A stretch of DNA of 64,000 bases from Eukaryota sp. GEM-RC1 (lineage: Eukaryota). The stretch spans positions 434,001-498,000 of the forward strand of contig JAUFOQ010000001.1 of assembly GCA_040285855.1 (NCBI GenBank), given 5' to 3'. Of the stretch, positions 36,501-50,100 are shown piece after piece. Position 1 is the stretch's first letter, and the number at the start of each line of letters is the position of its first letter. A model generated the notes under the pieces. It was not told the DNA's origin. It did not search any database and saw only the letters and a program-made list of their open reading frames with translations. The position numbers and the translations under genes are program-made.

Positions 36501-39249
36501 TTCATTAATCCTGGGTCATTTCTAATTCTAATCTTGATCTAAGGAAAACAAAATCTCTCACAACTGTTGTCCCTTCTGATCTTCTTGTTTTAAAGTCTCC
36601 TAGAAAATTTTTTTCTGTTGTTCAAAGAGCTTCTATATCTCACTTTGAAAATGCAATTTTTCGTCTTCAACTTAAACCTTCTCATCTTCATAGTGCTGGT
36701 TTAGGTGTTTTTGTAGATGAATTAATTCCTAAGAATAGTATTGTTCTACATTTTGGTGGTATTTATACCAATGTGGAACCTGAAAGTAAACACAAAGGTG
36801 ATATTACATATGGATGGCAACTTTTAGAAAATGTATTTCTTGATGGTACTAATGTTGATTTAAATTATGGTGTTGGAAGATTTGTTAACACCAGCCATTT
36901 ATCTCGATGTAATTTAAGAGCAATTAAATTTCAATATCCAGATAACTCTTTGGGTATCATTTACAAATCAAGAAAAGAAATTCCCATCGAAACTGAATTA
37001 CTTGTTCATTATGACACTAATCAATTACCTTTCCGTAGTTGAGTTTCATTTTTTTACTAAAAATTTTCTTAAAACAACCCTTAATAAATGCAGTTGCTGG
37101 ACAGTAAACATTATCATTAAATGCTACATTATACAGAAAAATATACTGATTTAAATGATGTTTATGACATCAATCAAAATTGAAATTGAATTAATTTTGA
37201 AAACTATTTGAAAAGAAATAATATTAACTATATAAAAATCATTGTAATTCCTGAGTAGAATGTTCTATATCACTATAGTATTCGTTTTCTAATCATTTTC
37301 TTAAAACAGAATTGTCTTTTGGTTCGAACTCATTACATTTTTAGAATACAAATTTACTTTTCTTCAAAATTTAAAATGTTTCAAAATATTTACATAATAT
37401 TTGCAACAGTTTTTGAATTTTCTGTAATAGTTTATGTTATTTAAATGTACTATATAACAAAGAAGTTACACCGACATTGGCGCTGTCGGTATCATAGGGT
37501 TAGTGTGACTCATTTTGATAACTAAAGTCCAAATACATGAACAGAGGAGAACAATTCTGTTACAACCTTCTGTGGATTTCATTTCAGTTGCAATTCCCCG
37601 AAATGAAACTTCCCCTCCCAAAATCAGTCCCTTTTTTTCTTCCATCTTGTGGGGTACTCCTTTGAAATCTTTGAGATCTTTAACCATCGTGAAGACTTTG
37701 TCACCGCCAAAATCAATGCTTCTGAATAAACAATGGTTCGAGCAATGTCTTCCTAAGAATCAAAAATGTTCCAATATTGACGCTGCAGGAATCAACCAAA
37801 CGCTAGTTATACTTTATCCAACCCGAAATGTAATTTTTGCAAAAATCTGGTCATACAATAGACCAATGTCCTGATCCTTCCTGCAGGAAATCCAAGCTGA
37901 ACAACAGAAAGTCCTATCCGAATTCGAATCCAAGAAACCAGAGAAACACTGCCGACAACTCCAAACGAAGTACTAGACGTGCAAGCCGAAACAATTTTAC
38001 CTCTGGTAAGAAAATTTGTCGTAACTCACCTAACCAGGTCACTGATACGAACCTCGTCAGTAACAAAGACCCCGGCCAAGAAGAAACTTTAGAACTTGAC
38101 ATTTAGTTGCCTAATTTCCTCGACAATGCATATGCCTCCTCCTCGCCAACATCTGAGAAGTTTACTTCTAAGACTTGCCTGGTTAAATCTGATGCCGAAC
38201 CACTACAACTTAAGACGCAGTCTCGGAGGAAAGCTCTCGGTCCACATATTCATCCGTTGAAGCTCGAGGGAGTTGGTTTCCCTGTCGTTTCGGTTCTGGT
38301 GGCTGATGACGCTGACTTCTCTCCCGAGGTCCTGTTGTTTGTTAGAGGCTGACACTGAAGATAAAGCAGTGGTTTGTCCCAAAAGAACAGCTTTCTCAAG
38401 AAGACGGTGAAAGTCAACTCCGTTCCTCTCACTGGAACGTGGGACATTGCCTGTGAGTGCAATTGCCTGTCTATAGACCAAGCCAAGAAGGCCAATCTGA
38501 CTCTTGAAGACTCATCATTGTCTTTCACTCTCGCCAATGGAGAAACGGTTGAGTCTTCAGGAACAGACTATTATTGTTATGTAATGATGCAAATTGCCGT
38601 TTTGTCAATTAAATAATAAAAATTTCTTTCACTATTCTGGTTTGATATCAAATATATCTTGAAAAAGACAAAGAATCTAATAAGAGTTAATTGCAGTCAT
38701 CAAATCTTGTGAATAAAACAAATATAAATTCCCCAACCACGTGCAAGAAAAAAGAATGTACATCTGCCTCGAAGAGACGAGCAAATGAATGTAGTTGATG
38801 AAGGTGTTTGCAAACCACATGAAACGTCTTTGATTAAAGAAACAGGTTGACTGATTGATGGGCAGATTCAAAGAAACGATGGCTTACATAACCAACTTTT
38901 TTAAAAAATGACGATTGACGTTGAGACAGAACATTTAAAGACAATCAAGTGAGGATTGATAAAGATCAATAAAAACTGTTGAAAGCGTAAGTAATTGTAG
39001 GAAGAGGTGAGAAACAATGAGAACTAAGCAGACAATGTATCAAAGTTAGGTTGCGGGGAGGAGATACTAGAAGAGGAGGAAACATTACACTTAACTGCTA
39101 GTAAGTGTTACATTATCATCAAATGAACGACTACTCTTCAGTAAAGGTTCAGGATTAGACAGGAACAATGTAGTTATGTTAAAAAAGCCAAAAGAAGATT
39201 GGTCTCCCGTTTTGGTCTCATTTACTTATCTCCTTCTCTATTGCTTCTA

Positions 39250-40791
39250 ATGTCGTTCTCCCTTCCCCCAGCAGAAACTCTTTCCATCATTCTCGATGAA
39301 CCCTCCCTATGTAACCAAACCATTTCATTCGGCGAGGAATCCATTGAAGTAAACAAATCTGTCCTCGCTGCTCATTCCACCTACTTCCGATCCCTCTGGT
39401 TCTTGGAGTTCGGCGACAAGCACGATAATCCCATTGACTTCTCACATCTTCCTGTAAGTTCTGACAACTTCTTCCTCTTCATCAAGTCCTTCTTTGGCAA
39501 ATCATTCACTTTCGATGAGAGCAACGCCTACAACTTCTTTTACCTCGTCCACTACTTCCAAGTGGATAAACTCATTGACCAGTTTGAAAACCACCTAAAC
39601 ACTCATCTCATGACCTGGGCTTGGTTAAAACCATTCATTAAAGAAGCAGATGAAAGAAATGACTTGAGAGCTCTGGAATTCGTTGGTCCTTTCTTTTCTA
39701 AAATTGATGACCTGTTGCATGATGACGTGATGGCAATCACTACTGAAGGGTTTAAAACGCTTGTAAAATACTGCACGTCGACTCAATCACAATCGTGGTT
39801 CATCAAATCATTGGTGGAATCAATTTTGAATCAAAGTTTCGATTTAATTGAGTTTTTAAATATTCTTAATTCTTGCTCAATTGAAGCCTTTTCTTTTCAA
39901 CAATGGGACGAGTTTCTGTTTGTTCCTTTAAAGGATGTGGAAGAATTGGAAGCCGATTTGATGAAGTTTCTGTTTACACGAGTTAAGAATCTTTATTTTG
40001 ATTCTTTGGTAAAGGAAGTTTCTGATTTGAAGGAAAAAACTTCTGATTTAACAACCAAAGTATCTGAATTAACAACTAAACTTACTGATGTAGAAAATAA
40101 CAATTCTGAGTTAAACTCACTTACTACCGATTTAACAACGGAAGTTCAAGTCTTGAAGACAGAAAATTCTGGTTTATCCATGCAAATTCAGAATTTATCT
40201 GCTACTAATTCTAACTCTCTTAATGAAATTACCAAATTGCAACATGAAATTCAACAACTCAAACAGACAGCTACAGAAACTCAACTGGTGTCTCAATCAG
40301 TTCCTCAATCAAAAATGATTAGATTCTCTCAAACTAGGAAACATTCTCAATTACAAGTTAGTGGGGATAGAAAGAGAGTTGTTGTTGGAAGTCGAAGTTG
40401 GGCGTATAGAAATATCTTGGGAGAAGATCCACTTCTTCCAAGTAATGTGTATACTTGGAAGTTGAGGTACCAGGGGTCTACTGATGCTCTTTATGTTGGA
40501 GTCATTGACGAGTCAAAGTTTGGTGTTGATGATCGTTGTGTCAATGATGCTCACTGTTTTGAAAATAGTGGTGATCGTATTAAAGGTTGTCTTTCAGGAA
40601 AGAAGGCTAAGTGGAACCGTGGTGAATTACTCGAAATCAATGTAAATCTAGTTAATTTCACTTTAACAATCAAATCCGTGAGTAATTCTTCAATTAATCT
40701 TACTGGAACTCTTCCCAGATTAAGTAGTGGTAATTATTATCCATTTGCTTTATTATGTCATAGGCATCATGTTCTTGAAATCGTTGAATAA
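39250..40791 (+). CDS. BTB-coiled-coil-SPRY protein copy 3, intact A/B/A mosaic
   Basis: BTB and SPRY match copy 1; ~39702-40279 matches copy 2. Confidence 0.93.
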   Translation: MSFSLPPAETLSIILDEPSLCNQTISFGEESIEVNKSVLAAHSTYFRSLWFLEFGDKHDNPIDFSHLPVSSDNFFLFIKSFFGKSFTFDESNAYNFFYLVHYFQVDKLIDQFENHLNTHLMTWAWLKPFIKEADERNDLRALEFVGPFFSKIDDLLHDDVMAITTEGFKTLVKYCTSTQSQSWFIKSLVESILNQSFDLIEFLNILNSCSIEAFSFQQWDEFLFVPLKDVEELEADLMKFLFTRVKNLYFDSLVKEVSDLKEKTSDLTTKVSELTTKLTDVENNNSELNSLTTDLTTEVQVLKTENSGLSMQIQNLSATNSNSLNEITKLQHEIQQLKQTATETQLVSQSVPQSKMIRFSQTRKHSQLQVSGDRKRVVVGSRSWAYRNILGEDPLLPSNVYTWKLRYQGSTDALYVGVIDESKFGVDDRCVNDAHCFENSGDRIKGCLSGKKAKWNRGELLEINVNLVNFTLTIKSVSNSSINLTGTLPRLSSGNYYPFALLCHRHHVLEIVE

Positions 40792-43700
40792 AGTTGATAA
40801 CATTGTCAGTGTGTGTATTCTCATTCAAAGTAGTGATTCGATTTACTTTTTGAATTCTGAAGCTACATCAATTCGAGCAGAAGCCATTAATTACTGACCA
40901 GGGACGCCTATTCGATAAAAGGATCAATTTGCTTTTAAAATAGAGCACACTTGACAAAGAAATAGAAGTCGGTCAGTCTACTCTCTTGTAAAGTTGTAGT
41001 TAGTTTAAAAAATTATTGATATAAGTATACAAGTTGTTCGTAAATGAATTAAGACATCTCTCACTGTTTAAAATTTGACGAAATGGATTTGAGTATTGTA
41101 GTCAATAGAAGAAATTACCAATAACACAAAAGGAGTCGGAGTTAAATCATTTTTTAATGAATAACTAGTAAACACTAACAACTAAGACGATTATTAGATT
41201 TTGACATAACTTGGGACGAGTTTTGCAGTAAATTATTGTATTTCTTCAATGTTGTGTAACACTAATCATAGTAATTAATCTGTATTGGTAATTTGTATCA
41301 CAAAAGAATTGGATAAACGCAAGCAAATTCTCATTCTATGATCATTTAGAAGGAAACAGATTGAAAACTAGTGTTACTTTGGTTGAAAATATTACGGTAT
41401 CGTTAACACAAACTATTGTACATGTGTTACATGCAGTCAACGATGAAACAAACCACCAATTTGTCCACTCTGCTGAAATTGTGATTCTTCACACAAGTCT
41501 CGATTTACACATGATAGTTGAAACTGCTGACACATCATAAATTCCACAATGCAAGTAGATCCTACCATCCATTTTGTTGTTTTCTGTTAGTAAAATTAAT
41601 TTTCTTGGAAAACAATTAATGTCAAGAATCTTGTAAGTACTAGTATTGTATCATACTTACAAGATTCTTGACATTTAACTAGTCATCTGAAAAAAATGTA
41701 GAAGAATAATGTAGCAAATATATACAAGATCATATCACAAACTGTTTCAGGATAAAACAATTACAATATTAACATATAGTACGATACACTGTGAAAGAAT
41801 TCAGTAAATTACATCGTTCTTTAGTTATATCGATTACATTTATTTGTTGCGACATCTAAATTTTTGTGTGACGATGTTACCATTTTGGCGTCCGTATGAA
41901 GTCTTCAGCAGATCATAACATTTTTCTTGACCACTACACTCTTGATTTCAAAACGCTGACTGTTGTATCAGCCTCATCATCATGATTAATTTTCAAACTA
42001 TTTATACGCTGAATGCAACACATACGTAATCTGCTTGACGTCTTCCTGGCCAGAAAAGTCTCTGCAGACTACCTTCAATACATACAATCCTCCATTGATA
42101 CGTCATCTACAGATATTCAGTGTCTTGTTTATGTTAGATTTGTTTATGTGGTTCATTTTTGTTTTACATAAATTCTACTCTATTCTTCAATTATTGTTAC
42201 TCTACTCATCTTCCTTCTGATCTTCTTAGTTCACAAGCCAGCACCGGAAGCACATTAATGCAGTTACCGTGGTGTCATCTAACCGGGAACGCTTCTTAGT
42301 TATTACATTACCAGTTTGTGAAAGCAATCGTTCACTACTAACGGAGGTCGCTTGAACGGCTAACATATCCCTTGCTAACAACATCGCGCGCTAGGACGTG
42401 GCTCTGATATCTCGTTTATTTTCCTCAGTGGTAATAGCAAAATGAAGTACCCTTCTTCAAAGCAGTTCGTAGCTGGATGAAGTCAAATATTTCAAGAATT
42501 GAAGTGAGGGTTACGAACGTTCAAACCGTTCAGTACAACTTTTTGTTGAAATTAATGGTCCACAATCAACGAAGAGTATGGGATTCTCGCGAACTCATTG
42601 AAAAAACACCCAATCTGTCGGAAAGTGAGGAGTTCTGGCAGGTTTGGGCTGACAGGTTGACTGATGAAACTGTTCAGTGGTCAACAGATGATTCTCTAGA
42701 ATTGCTCAGAAGATTTGCTATCACCTGCCCCCGCTCTTCGAATTATTTTTCTCGTCATGAACTTGGAATGAAAGTAACTCAGTTTGTTGCTGAGAAAATC
42801 GGTCAAGCACACAGACAAATAGTTCAGAAACTCGAGATTGAGAAAAAGGATACTCCAAGATGTGTATACTAATGTCTGCTACCTTGGCTCAAGAACATCT
42901 AGTGAGCCAGGACTTCCAGATATTTCTGACTATTTACTTAACAGTACTGACGATGCTTTCGACACTTTTCGTGGCTTCCTACAGCCAAGAATTCAGTCGC
43001 AGATTGACTTGTCGTGAAACGATGAAACAAATGGTCAAACCTGAAGGTTTCTGACTATTAGTATGCTGTTAGTTTGAACATAAAACATTATTAATGTATT
43101 ATTAAAACATATAATTATTATCCAAATAATGTTCTTTGAGCAGAGCTTTTTTTGCTATAGTTCAAATAGGGAGACTGGCAAGGCTCTCAATTTTTCCATC
43201 CAATATGGTCAAAAAATCCTTTACAGTCCATCTTAATTCTGGAAGAAAGAATATAAATAATCACCAACAGTTTGAAGTACAAGGTGCAAACTTGACCAGG
43301 TTTGAAACCTCCTTCATTTTGTTGCATGAAAAGGTATATCAAAAGCAATGTGAGAATTTCACTTCGTCATTTCCGTTTTCTAACAGAAATGTAAATGAAG
43401 TACACTGAGACTGCAAAGTAACTGTTCTCTGTATAGATTCATTTGACTTACCTCAGTGTCTTCATCAAACCCTATATACATTGACGATGACTCTAGTAAA
43501 GACCTTTCTCTTATTTGGACACAAGTTGACAACAATGAAAGCTCTAAAAGGCGCAAAAAAAGCAGACAACCAGAATTCTAACAAGTTGTTTACCAACACC
43601 ACCAGACGACATTTGGACAAAAACCATCCTAAATGGGACTCTATTAATTCAACCCCTGTGAAAACTCTTTTGGAACTCTTGCCCAGAAAAAAACCCAAAA

Positions 43701-45588
43701 GCAATCTCAGCTTCAATCCTAATTCACGTCTGTATTATCTCTTGTGATGTAGTCTTTAGGATCGTTGAACAACCAGTATTTTTACAAAATTTCAAAGAGC
43801 TAGTTGCCGACATTCATACATACATCCATCATATTACGATGTATGTACAATGTTATGGCAAGAAATTTCTCTCTCTCTCTTAAGCAAAGTTTTTCTCCTT
43901 TATCACCCACTATTCAAGAAACGAACTCATCCCTTGTGTTAGATGGATGAACTGGTTCTTCTGGTCAACCACTTGCGAATTTAATCATTGTTACACTTGA
44001 TGGTGCAATGTTTTACGATTGTATTAATAGAAAATCTAAAGATGGAAATCCCTTTATATTGAATTTAAAAAATGGTAATAAAATAATAAACCCAGCGCAC
44101 ATCACTAACGTTGTAACTGACAATGCTAAACCAATAGTCACTGCTGATGATCTAATTGAACAGAAATTCCTTGCATTATATAGACTCGCTGCCATTCGCT
44201 CTGTGTACATCTACTTAGAGTCTGATGCTTTCACCCCCAAGTAACCCTCTTAAAGTGACACCCAATGTCATTAGTGAGACTTGTCTGAAACCTGCATTTA
44301 TTCTCAACTCACTTCTCCCATGGATACTGATTCAACCAAGGTAGTTCGGTACTCATCAACTTAACAACAATTACCTTGATTCCATCTTAGTGATGACAAA
44401 CTTTAGTTGTACTTTAATTATACATATTTATTAAACTGAACCATGGTTCAGAACCTGTTCAGTTCAAAGAGGTGCTGAACTGAATTGAACCATTATACAT
44501 TTCAAATTTCAGCTATCAATTCAAAATATTGTTATAGAATGATGTAAATTATCATTTTGTCAATTAAATAATAAAACTTTCTTTCATTATTCTGGTTTGA
44601 TATCAAAGATATCTTATATAGAGACAAATAAATAGGTACATCACTCAACTTTAATTGCAACCATCAAATCTTGTCAATAAAACAAATATAAATTTCGCAA
44701 CCACGTGCTAGAAAACAGACCGTACCTCTGCTTCAAAGAGATGAGCAAATGAATGTAGTTGAGGAAGATTGTGATGAAGCAAAAATATTCACAGTCATTA
44801 AAACAAAAATCAGACAAGAATTAGAAAGAAACAACTGTTCATCTCCCACCACCAAGAGTAACTCCCAATGCAACCTACGACTACTTCCTCCACACAGTTC
44901 ACAGAGCTAGCGAGGAGTTCATGAACCTGACCAAAGAAGAGACTGTAGTGAGAGAACTCAATGTGAAAGCTAGAATGCATTAGGTGTTTGAAAAGACTAT
45001 GAACAGACATAAGAACCCCTACTGAAAACTGCAAATTTAAGCGAAAATTCAATAAGGAAGTATATAATTTCACTCGAAGCTTATTAAAAGGCTTTAGTGA
45101 AGTCCTATAACGAATCTGAGTTCAATAACATCCTATATTGGTTCTTAAAGAAGTTGTTGGATATGGTTTACACCAACTATTATTAAGAATGATGACAATA
45201 CTTACTTTAAATGACGAATAGCAAGACTAAAATCTCCATGATTGACGTTGAGAGAGGACTGAACAATACAAGTAACTGAAGATTGATCCAGACAAATATA
45301 GACCGCTAAAAACGCAAGTGTTTGGGGGGAAACGAAAGTAGAGAGACCGACGCAGACAGTGTATCAGAGTTAGGTTGCGGAAAGGAGACACTAGAAGAGG
45401 AGGAAACATTGAACACTTAACTGCTAGTAGGTGTTACATTATCATCAAATGAACGACTACTCTTCAGTGGAGGTTCAGGATTAGACATGTAGTTTTGTTA
45501 AAGAGACGCCCTATTTTGTTAAAAGGCCACAAGAACATTGGTCTCCCATTTTAGTCTCATTTACTTATCTCCATCTCTGTTGCTTCTG

Positions 45589-47121
45589 ATGTCATTCTCT
45601 CTTCCCCCAGCAGAAACTCTTTCCATCATTCTTGATGAAATCTCCTTGTGTAACCAAACCATATCTTTTGGCGGGGAATCCATCGAGGTAAACAAATCTA
45701 TCCTCGCTGCCCATTCCACGTACTTCCGATCCCTCTGGTTCTTGGAGTTTGGGGATAAGCTTGAGAACCCCATTGACTTCTCACATCTTCCCGTCGATTC
45801 CGACAACTTCTTCGCTTTCATCAAGTCCTTCTTTGGAAAATCATTCACCCTCAAGGAGAGCAACGTTTACGACTTCTTTTACCTCGTCCACTACTTCCAA
45901 GTGGAAAAACTGATTGACCACGTTGAAAACCACCTCAACACTCATCTCGTGACCTGGGCTTGGTTAAAACCATTCATTAAAGAAGCAGATGAAAGAAATG
46001 ACTTGAGAGCTCTGGAATTCGCTGGTCCTTTCTTTTCTAAAATTGATGACCTGTTGCATGATGACGTGATGGCAATCACTACTGAAGGGTTTAAAACGCT
46101 TGTAAAATACTGCACGTCGACTCAATCACAATCGTGGTTCATCAAATCATTGGTGGAATCAATTTTGAATCAAAGTTTCGATTTAATTGAGTTTTTAAAT
46201 ATTCTTAATTCTTGCTCAATTGAAGCCTTTTCTTTTCAACAATGGGACGAGTTTCTGTTTGTTCCTTTAAAGGATGTGGAAGAATTGGAAGCCGATTTGA
46301 TGAAGTTTCTGTTTACACGAGTTAAGAATCTTTATTTTGATTCTTTGGTAAAGGAAGTTTCTGATTTGAAGGAAAAAACTTCTGATTTAACAACCAAAGT
46401 ATCTGAATTAACAACTAAACTTACTGATGTAGAAAATAACAATTCTGAGTTAAACTCACTTACTACCGATTTAACAACGGAAGTTCAAGTCTTGAAGACA
46501 GAAAATTCTGGTTTATCCATGCAAATTCAGAATTTATCTGCTACTAATTCTAACTCTCTTAATGAAATTACCAAATTGCAACATGAAATTCAACAACTCA
46601 AACAGACAGCTACAGAAACTCAACTGGTGTCTCAATCAGTTCTTCAATCAAAAGTGATTAGATTCTCACAAACTAGGAAACATTCTGATCTACAACTTAG
46701 TGGGGATAGAAAGAGAGTTGTTTTTGGAAGTGCTGGTTTTTGGGGTAGAACAATCTTGGGAGAAGATCCACTTCTTCCAAGTAATGTGTATACTTGGAAG
46801 TTGAGGTACCAGGGGTCTACTGATGCTCTTTATGTTGGAGTCATTGACGAGTCAAAGTTTGGTGTTGGTGTCAATGATGCTCACTGTTTTGAAAATAGTG
46901 GTGATCGTATTAAAGGTTGTCTTTCAGGAAAGAAGGCTAAGTGGAACCGTGGTGAATTACTCGAAATCAATGTAAATCTAGTTAATTTCACTTTAACAAT
47001 CAAATCCGTGAGTAATTCTTCAATTAATCTTACTGGAACTCTTCCCAGATTAAGTAGTGGTAATTATTATCCATTTGCTTTATTATGTCATAGGGATCAT
47101 GTTCTTGAAATCGTTGAATAA
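45589..47121 (+). CDS. BTB-coiled-coil-SPRY protein copy 4 (type B), intact
   Basis: Protein identical to copy 2 in the ORF track. Confidence 0.93.
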   Translation: MSFSLPPAETLSIILDEISLCNQTISFGGESIEVNKSILAAHSTYFRSLWFLEFGDKLENPIDFSHLPVDSDNFFAFIKSFFGKSFTLKESNVYDFFYLVHYFQVEKLIDHVENHLNTHLVTWAWLKPFIKEADERNDLRALEFAGPFFSKIDDLLHDDVMAITTEGFKTLVKYCTSTQSQSWFIKSLVESILNQSFDLIEFLNILNSCSIEAFSFQQWDEFLFVPLKDVEELEADLMKFLFTRVKNLYFDSLVKEVSDLKEKTSDLTTKVSELTTKLTDVENNNSELNSLTTDLTTEVQVLKTENSGLSMQIQNLSATNSNSLNEITKLQHEIQQLKQTATETQLVSQSVLQSKVIRFSQTRKHSDLQLSGDRKRVVFGSAGFWGRTILGEDPLLPSNVYTWKLRYQGSTDALYVGVIDESKFGVGVNDAHCFENSGDRIKGCLSGKKAKWNRGELLEINVNLVNFTLTIKSVSNSSINLTGTLPRLSSGNYYPFALLCHRDHVLEIVE

Positions 47122-50100
47122 AGTTGATAACATTGTCAGTGTGTGTATTCTCATTCAAAGTAGTGATTCGATTTACTTTTTGAATTCTGAAGCTACATCA
47201 ATTCGAGCAGAAGCCATTAATTACTGACCAGGGACGCCTATTCGATAAAAGGATCAATTTGCTTTTAAAATAGAGCACACTTGACAAAGAAATAGAAGTC
47301 GGTCAGTCTACTCTCTTGTAAAGTTGTAGTTAGTTTAAAAAATTATTGATATAAGTATACAAGTTGTTCGTAAATGAATTAAGACATCTCTCACTGTTTA
47401 AAATTTGACGAAATGGATTTGAGTATTGTAGTCAATAGAAGAAATTACCAATAACACAAAAGGAGTCGGAGTTAAATCATTTTTTAATGAATAACTAGTA
47501 AACACTAACAACTAAGACGATTATTAGATTTTGACATAACTTGGGACGAGTTTTGCAGTAAATTATTGTATTTCTTCAATGTTGTGTAACACTAATCATA
47601 GTAATTAATCTGTATTGGTAATTTGTATCACAAAAGAATTGGATAAACGCAAGCAAATTCTCATTCTATGATCATTTAGAAGGAAACAGATTGAAAACTA
47701 GTGTTACTTTGGTTGAAAATATTACGGTATCGTTAACACAAACTATTGTACATGTGTTACATGCAGTCAACGATGAAACAAACCACCAATTTGTCCACTC
47801 TGCTGAAATTGTGATTCTTCACACAAGTCTCGATTTATACATGATAGTTGAAACTGCTGACACATCATAAATTCCACAATGCAAGTAGATCCTACCATCC
47901 ATTTTGTTGTTTTCTGTTAGTAAAATTAATTTTCTTGGAAAACAATTAATGTCAAGAATCTTGTAAGTACTAGTATTGTATCATACTTACAAGATTCTTG
48001 ACATTTAACTAGTCATCTGAAAAAATGTAGAAGAATAATGTAGCAAATATATACAAGATCATATCACAAACTGTTTCAGGATAAAACAATTACAATATTA
48101 ACATATAGTACGATACAATGTGAAAGAATTCAGTAAATTACATCGTTCTTTAGTTATATCGATTACATTTATTTGTTGCGACATCTAAATTTTTGTGTGA
48201 CGATGTTACCATTTTGGCGTCCGTATGAAGTCTTCAGCAGATCATAACATTTTTCTTGACCACTACACTCTTGATTTCAAAACGCTGACTGTTGTATCAG
48301 CCTCATCATCATGATTAATTTTCAAACTATTTATACGCTGAATGCAACACATACGTAATCTGCTTGACGTCTTCCTGGCCAGAAAAGTCTCTGCAGACTA
48401 CCTTCAATACATACAATCCTCCATTGATACGTCATCTACAGATATTCAGTGTCTTGTTTATGTTAGATTTGTTTATGTGGTTCATTTTTGTTTTACATAA
48501 ATTCTACTCTATTCTTCAATTATTGTTACTCTACTCATCTTCCTTCTGATCTTCTTAGTTCACAAGCCAGCACCGGAAGCACATTAATGCAGTTACCGTG
48601 GTGTCATCTAACCGGGAACGCTTCTTAGTTATTACATTACCAGTTTGTGAAAGCAATCGTTCACTACTAACGGAGGTCGCTTGAACGGCTAACATATCCC
48701 TTGCTAACAACATCGCGCGCTAGGACGTGGCTCTGATATCTCGTTTATTTTCCTCAGTGGTAATAGCAAAATGAAGTACCCTTCTTCAAAGCAGTTCGTA
48801 GCTGGATGAAGTCAAATATTTCTTTATCCACGTGGATAGCCATCCAATTCAAGCTTAACAAGGTAGAAAAAGTGTTTATTTTGTGACAAAGTTTCCACTC
48901 ATGCTGAAGAAGTAGGACAACAGCATGCTTTAGTTAATAGCGAGATCCAGTATATACCAAAAAATGCTACTCGTCTTTGTCAACCTGCTGACAGCTTTGT
49001 CATCCAAAAGATCAAACCGGGCTTCATCCGAAGTATATTACCAGGAGAAGCCTTGTTTATGGCACTTGCTGTTCTGACTGATTATCCTGAGCTGAAAGAG
49101 AACAATGGTGTTTTCCATCAAAGTGCTTTGTCGTACCGGTACGATTTCTCCCACAAAGCGACTTCCAAATGACTTCAATCGGTAATGCAGCGGTTTAAGA
49201 CTGTTATTACCCGTCTTACTCCATTCAAAGAGAACTTTGACTCAACTAAAGACTACATCCCGCCGATGGAAACCAGTCCATCAGCAACGGCTAACCAACT
49301 AGCTGTTTGACTTTCGTCAAAGTTCAACACGAAATTCTTGCTGAGATTCTGGATGATGATAGCTTCTGCAGGTACATATAAGCTAAATGTTATTGTCTTC
49401 TAAATGAGAAAATTCACAACAAAATCTTACACATCGGACCAGTAACTGCGACCGTTGAAAGGAATCAATCTTTCTCATGTCAAGGAGTGCCATTTTGTTG
49501 AAAAAATAACATTCCATCTTTGACATATTGGATTCTTATTTAGCTCAACTTACGACAATTAAGAGCCATTATTAGATTCTTCCCTTGACGAAATTAAACT
49601 AACTATGACAAAAGACCAAGTATTTAAAAGAGTCGTCAATAATGGTCTTCCATCCAAGTAACTCACACTTGAAGCTTCAAAAGAGTGCAACTTTGTCTTC
49701 TGAACACTCTAACATCTTGTCAGTTGTTCGTTTTGATTATCCACAACAGACTCTGATATCAAAAGTCTTCTGATTGATAACTGAAAGTCATAACATGACC
49801 ATTATTATTGAGTGACTGGAAGTTTCTCAACATTCCAGGTCCAGATTCAAACATAACTGAAAAAGATCTTTGGTTCTCTTGAGTCAATACACTTCCACTA
49901 CTCAAGCTATGGGTGACCAGAAGAATCTTATACTTAGTCAATCTAATGATCCATCCACAGAAATGAATCGGTACCTCAAGCTTGTTATCAACATTTTAAA
50001 TTGTTCCACTGCTATTTCACTAGGTAATGGTAGAACTATGTTTTCTATTAGTATAGCTGCTGACTTAGTTTTATGTACGTTCAATAATCAGCAAGGAATC

